From a virus (Duplodnaviria; Caudoviricetes), in the IMG/VR virus record IMGVR_UViG_3300029792_000005, positions 1-31,334 of that record: 31,334 nucleotides of DNA, one strand, 5' to 3'. Shown in pieces: positions 27,137-31,334 of this stretch (position 1 is the stretch's first letter; each line of letters begins with the position of its first letter). The notes under the pieces were generated by a model. The model did not search any database. It had not been told where the DNA came from and worked only from the letters and a program-made list of their open reading frames with translations. Position numbers and translations under genes: made by a program.

Positions 27137-27164
27137 AAAAAAAAGAGCCTCAAAAAGAGGCTCT
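27137..27164 (-). terminator. Intrinsic terminator after major capsid gene
   Basis: AGAGCCTC-5 nt-GAGGCTCT plus T tract. Confidence 0.85.
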
Positions 27165-27189
27165 CTAAAAACAAAAACTAATTAATTAA

Positions 27190-28380
27190 TTATGGTTTTG
27201 TGATTGCAGTAATTGCAGAGCTGAATGATCCTTGAACGAATGCATTCGGATTATAGTTAGTTAAAGCCTCTCTCATTTTTGCTCTAATTGTAACAAATCC
27301 CTCTCTGATGTTTACGCCATCCTCTCTGTAAATTCCTAAGCTAATTCCCTCTCTAACCCATAATTGAGATCCAAGAGCAAAATTACCAACTAAGAAATTA
27401 CCAGCAGTTACTGCTGTATTAAGAACAACTGGCACTCCCATGAATGATGGTTGCAATCCAGCATAAACTTGATCCTTTAGATATTGATTTGTAGTATCTT
27501 TTAACACTAAAATCTTATGAAAATCTGATGGATTTAAAACAATATGATCAGCTTGATAGTTAGCTAATGCCAATTGATTCATTGATGCAACTAATACATC
27601 AAACTCATTTGGATTAGATACACTCTGATAAAATGCTCCACCAGCTCCAGTAACAAATGCAGTTCCATCTGTAAAAATACCAGATAAATTTGGAGCTGTT
27701 CCATTTCCATTTAAGATCTGATCATCCTCAACTGCCATAATTTTTGATGGCACTCTTGCAGATAGATAAGAAATTAATTGCTTATAATCATCTAACATTT
27801 CCTCAGAAACTCTTAGATAAGTTCCAATTTTTCTAACATTCGCATCTTTAGCTTCAAGCTCAAAATCTGTTTGGCCTAATGTAGCTCCCTCAGATTTTGC
27901 TGATACACCATCAGAATATGCAGTTTCCTTAACATATCTAACGACATCAGAATCTGTTGATCCGATTGGCAAGATCTCTCTAATGTGAGATGGCTTAGCC
28001 GGATCAAATTTAACTCCATCCACTCGAGTTGGAGCAATTACATCTCCGGTGAAATCGGAGCTGATTTTCATATCGGCCTTTAAAATAAATTCTGCCGATC
28101 TGCCACCTTTTTTCAAAGGCTCTAAAGCTCCATTTTCAATAGCTTTTTCCAAAGCTGATTTGAATGTTGTTGGAGCCTGGTTTGCTTCAAATGCTTTTTT
28201 CTGTGCAATCTCTGCATCATCCATTCTCTTATTAAGAGTTTCGATTTTTGCATCAACATTAGCGACAGCTTCAGCATTATCTGCCTTTATAGTTTCAACT
28301 ACTTCCATTGATTTGCTTTCAATTTTATTATCAATTTCTCCAGCCAAACTATCTAACGAATTTTTTAATTCTTCATTCAT
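27190..28380 (-). CDS. Major capsid protein (HK97 family)
   Basis: Coiled-coil delta domain, IREILP, VSEEMLDD, EDDQILNGNG, LNPSDF, GVPVV. Confidence 0.95.
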   Translation of the reverse strand: MNEELKNSLDSLAGEIDNKIESKSMEVVETIKADNAEAVANVDAKIETLNKRMDDAEIAQKKAFEANQAPTTFKSALEKAIENGALEPLKKGGRSAEFILKADMKISSDFTGDVIAPTRVDGVKFDPAKPSHIREILPIGSTDSDVVRYVKETAYSDGVSAKSEGATLGQTDFELEAKDANVRKIGTYLRVSEEMLDDYKQLISYLSARVPSKIMAVEDDQILNGNGTAPNLSGIFTDGTAFVTGAGGAFYQSVSNPNEFDVLVASMNQLALANYQADHIVLNPSDFHKILVLKDTTNQYLKDQVYAGLQPSFMGVPVVLNTAVTAGNFLVGNFALGSQLWVREGISLGIYREDGVNIREGFVTIRAKMREALTNYNPNAFVQGSFSSAITAITKP

Positions 28381-28403
28381 TTTTGATGAGGCTCTTAACC
28401 CCT

Positions 28404-29111
28404 TTATTTTGAGTAATTTCTTACTCTGTTTGACAAATATTTAACGATCTCATTTGAATTGTCCTCAATTATTATTTCTGGCTCAGTAACAATAATTTCA
28501 GCTGGCTGAGTAGCATCTGCAAATAATGATTTTAATTTTAAGATCTCGAATTCTATGGCATATCCCAAATCATCCGAGATATTGCCTTTCCTGATCAATT
28601 TACATAACCGATCATATCGTTTGAGAGTTTCATCCAGGATCATCATATCTGATTTTACATCCAGGATCTTAGCCTCCTCATTGGATGCTAATGTAACAGC
28701 TGAGATCTCATAAAGTTTAACCTCAGAAATCTCTCTGTAACCCTCTTTATTTTCTTTTTGAATTGGCATGATCCCAACAGAGTTTTCGTTAATGATGCCC
28801 TCTTTCATTAAAGTATAAACATCTCTCCCTAGTTGAGTATCAGCAATTTTAGCCTGGAAAACCAAACCCTTATCATCCTCATAAAGCTCTTGCATTTTTC
28901 CGATAGGTTTGTCCATTTTATGTTGATATAAATATTTAACCCTTGATCCATTTTCCTCAATGGTTTTTTTATAAGCTCCTTTTTTGATTACATCTCCATC
29001 AGCATCTTTATTATCAAAATAAGATCCATATCCTTGAATGATCATTTTTTGATCATCATAATCTTTTAATTCTCCAAGAGGAGCTGTTTTAAATAGTATA
29101 TTATCAGCCAT
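28404..29111 (-). CDS. Prohead protease (HK97 family)
   Basis: GYGSYF...D.DGD, LYQH, PIG, SVG, LYEISAVT.ASN. Confidence 0.95.
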   Translation of the reverse strand: MADNILFKTAPLGELKDYDDQKMIIQGYGSYFDNKDADGDVIKKGAYKKTIEENGSRVKYLYQHKMDKPIGKMQELYEDDKGLVFQAKIADTQLGRDVYTLMKEGIINENSVGIMPIQKENKEGYREISEVKLYEISAVTLASNEEAKILDVKSDMMILDETLKRYDRLCKLIRKGNISDDLGYAIEFEILKLKSLFADATQPAEIIVTEPEIIIEDNSNEIVKYLSNRVRNYSK

Positions 29112-29124
29112 AATTATTTTTTTA

Positions 29125-29132
29125 CAAATTTA
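29125..29132 (-). promoter_or_regulatory. -7 promoter element upstream of protease-capsid unit
   Basis: TAAATTTG. Confidence 0.65.
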
Positions 29133-29143
29133 ATCAAAATAAA

Positions 29144-29290
29144 TTATCTGGTTTTCCCTTGTGATTTGTATGGTTTTTTATATTGTTTTGATCCTTTAGA
29201 TCTGCTTAGGTTTTTGCTATGGATCCCCTTTCGTTTTTTCTTTGGAGGCCTTACATAAGCTGTGAAATTAATTCCTTTTTTCTTAGCCAT
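29144..29290 (-). CDS. Small highly basic protein (48 aa, not in ORF track)
   Basis: MAKKKGINFTAYVRPPKKKRKGIHSKNLSRSKGSKQYKKPYKSQGKTR; overlaps upstream stop. Confidence 0.75.
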   Translation of the reverse strand: MAKKKGINFTAYVRPPKKKRKGIHSKNLSRSKGSKQYKKPYKSQGKTR

Positions 29291-29522
29291 TTTTAATTGT
29301 TATTACTTGCCCATCAAAATGATCATCTTGATCCTTTGTAGTTATGTATTTATTTTTTTTATAAGCATCTAATATCATTAAATAAGCATCAGCCTGATCG
29401 ACATTAGCCAGCTTTTCAATTAAAAAAGGTTTTATGGCTTCAGGATATTTATTAAAATAATCATTCTCTATTTCAAAATACTCATCAACTTCTTTTTGTT
29501 CCGATTCAGATAATACTCTCAT
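29283..29522 (-). CDS. Small acidic protein, candidate MuF toxin immunity protein
   Basis: 79 aa, overlaps the MuF stop by 17 nt. Confidence 0.55.
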   Translation of the reverse strand: MRVLSESEQKEVDEYFEIENDYFNKYPEAIKPFLIEKLANVDQADAYLMILDAYKKNKYITTKDQDDHFDGQVITIKNG

Positions 29523-31334
29523 TTTTTATTTTTTTCATTAAATAATTTAAGGCATTTGCCAATTGTTTAGGCAATGATGCAAGCCATTCATCAACAACTG
29601 AAATTAGATCATCAAATAATTCTGGATTAAATTTCCTAAATACATAATTCCCAAAATATTTATATTGAAATGCCTCAGCAACAACTTCAGCCAATCCATT
29701 TCTATTCATGTAAGCAACATCATGGCCATATCCAGCAAGTCGTGGATAATATTTTGAGATCCCAAATAATCCATCCATAGTATCAATGGCATAGATCATC
29801 TGCTGATTTATTTCATACCTTACAGCAAAAGGATTGATATTTTTATTGCCATATTTTTTAAGTGTTTCTAAAGCATTTTTATAAACATCATCTCCATAAA
29901 TTTGGATTAATCTGTTTTGAACAAATAAACCTATTTCATCAGCTGATGCTCCAGCTTGCCTCATTCGTGATATTGTGCTTGCTAGTTTAGAATAACTCTC
30001 ATCAAACATTGATGTAAATTTTTTATATTGTTTTAATCCAGTTTGGCCGACATATCTCTGAGCAAATTTTTTCCAGATTTCATTTCCAAATCTATAAGGT
30101 TTATATGATCCCCAGTTTTTAATTCCTATCCCAAAATAATCATCAAGAGCATGGCCAAACTCATGCATAAATGTCCTAACCTGACTTGTTCTCCCAAAAG
30201 CTCTGGATAGTTGCATTTTTTTCTCAGATGGCCTATAAAACTCTTTAATGTTTTTTCTTGCCTTAGTTATAAATAGCCTTAGTTTATTTAAAGGCTGAGA
30301 TCTGTTTATAATAGAAATATAATCATCCAGATCAGCTCCAAATCCTTTTAATTCCTCAACATAATTTCTCATCTGATCAGAAAATTTTGCATAGAGATCT
30401 CCCTCATCAGATCTCCTTTGAGTTTCTCTTATTGATCTTAACAGATCATCAATTTCTTTGGGAGGTGTAATGGTTGCTCCTCCAGATGTTGGCAATATTC
30501 TTGCAACTCCAGTTGAAACCAGATCTCCAGCTCCTCCAGGTGTATTAGAAACTAATCCAAATCCGACATCAACAAGATCTCCACCAACAACTCTCTCATT
30601 ATAAGTTTTTGGAATATAAAAAGCCTTACAAGTACAATTACAAACATTGCCAGCTGATCCAGCTGGATCTCCAGGAAAACTCATTAGATCTGATTTTCCA
30701 TCTGGAGCTATAACCAGGAATTGTTCATGTTCAGGTATAGTTTCTCCATCCAGCTCCATGTGGCCATCTCTTGAGGTTGGCAAAAAAGATGATTGCCATG
30801 TTTTATTAAGAGATGATTTATCAAACATTGTAAAAGCTGATTCTCTCATTGCCATATTTGATGCTGTTGTTGTTTCAGTTCTTACGATCCTAGTTGCTTG
30901 AACTTTTGATAAATATGTCAGCTGTTTTCTTATGATCCTAGTTTGCTCAGGAACTCCCAGAGCCATAAATTTAGGATCTCTCATTAATTTAGAATAAAGA
31001 TTGTTCAATTGTTTTCTTTGATTTGCTGATAATCCAGTAATTCTCCTTGTTCCAATTTGAGCTGAAATATTTGCAAATGTTTCCTCCCAAGCTGTTTGAT
31101 AATTTTTAGTTTCAAGATCCTTAGTTGCAAATTTTTCAAAATTGTTAAAATACCAGTTTGCCATTGACATGCCTACCCTAACATATAAAAATTTATATGC
31201 CTTTAACCAATCCTCTTTTTTAAATAAAAATGGAAAATCTGTTCGGCCAGTAGTTAGAAATTGATCTATTGTGGAAAAATATTTATCCCTATAAAATTTG
31301 CTCCAGGATCTTATTTGTTTCCTTTCGACAATTT
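29506..31334 (-). CDS. MuF/SPP1 gp7-like minor head protein with C-terminal zincin metallopeptidase-like domain (allele B; true start is across the junction at 232)
   Basis: RIVRTETT, KTW, R.GH..LDG, FPGDP.G...NVCNCTC; then HEFGH and EVVAEAF; frame is open to the window end. Confidence 0.88.
   Translation of the reverse strand, partial: IVERKQIRSWSKFYRDKYFSTIDQFLTTGRTDFPFLFKKEDWLKAYKFLYVRVGMSMANWYFNNFEKFATKDLETKNYQTAWEETFANISAQIGTRRITGLSANQRKQLNNLYSKLMRDPKFMALGVPEQTRIIRKQLTYLSKVQATRIVRTETTTASNMAMRESAFTMFDKSSLNKTWQSSFLPTSRDGHMELDGETIPEHEQFLVIAPDGKSDLMSFPGDPAGSAGNVCNCTCKAFYIPKTYNERVVGGDLVDVGFGLVSNTPGGAGDLVSTGVARILPTSGGATITPPKEIDDLLRSIRETQRRSDEGDLYAKFSDQMRNYVEELKGFGADLDDYISIINRSQPLNKLRLFITKARKNIKEFYRPSEKKMQLSRAFGRTSQVRTFMHEFGHALDDYFGIGIKNWGSYKPYRFGNEIWKKFAQRYVGQTGLKQYKKFTSMFDESYSKLASTISRMRQAGASADEIGLFVQNRLIQIYGDDVYKNALETLKKYGNKNINPFAVRYEINQQMIYAIDTMDGLFGISKYYPRLAGYGHDVAYMNRNGLAEVVAEAFQYKYFGNYVFRKFNPELFDDLISVVDEWLASLPKQLANALNYLMKKIKNESII
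31149..31334. repeat. Imperfect terminal direct repeat, copy 2
   Basis: Aligns to 1-186. Confidence 0.95.

Noticed and set aside
553-30901. All plus-strand ORFs in the track (e.g. 12671..12997, 15791..16123, 28049..28444)
   Set aside because: Antisense shadows of well-supported minus-strand genes; no recognisable motifs
1-31334. CRISPR array, integrase/att site, stop-codon reassignment, Z-genome
   Set aside because: No repeat-spacer array or recombinase seen; genes tile densely under the standard code and end in TAA, TGA and TAG; no PurZ

Overview
Essentially complete, circularly permuted genome (~31.15 kb unit length, AT-rich) of a long-tailed dsDNA phage. All supportable genes are on the minus strand. 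The host is probably Bacteroidota/Flavobacteriia, because TAnnTTTG -7 promoter elements precede about ten transcription units and starts are A-rich without obvious Shine-Dalgarno motifs. Modules: terS/terL, HK97-type portal with a long C-terminal extension, MuF minor head protein with an HExxH extension, prohead protease, major capsid, head-tail connectors, lysis cassette, two tail-tube paralogs, frameshifted tail chaperones, tape measure, and a replication/recombination block. I recognise no integrase, DNA polymerase or DNA methyltransferase. Most notable: (1) a perfect type I hammerhead ribozyme at 11241-11300 (-) between two early genes; (2) strong genome-wide GATC over-representation; (3) an island behind the capsid gene with two promoter/terminator-bounded structured non-coding units next to a PD-(D/E)XK endonuclease; (4) two ~79%-identical alleles of the MuF 5' region at the contig ends, plus a toxin/immunity-like MuF arrangement. 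All counts were made by eye and family assignments come from motif recognition, not database searches.
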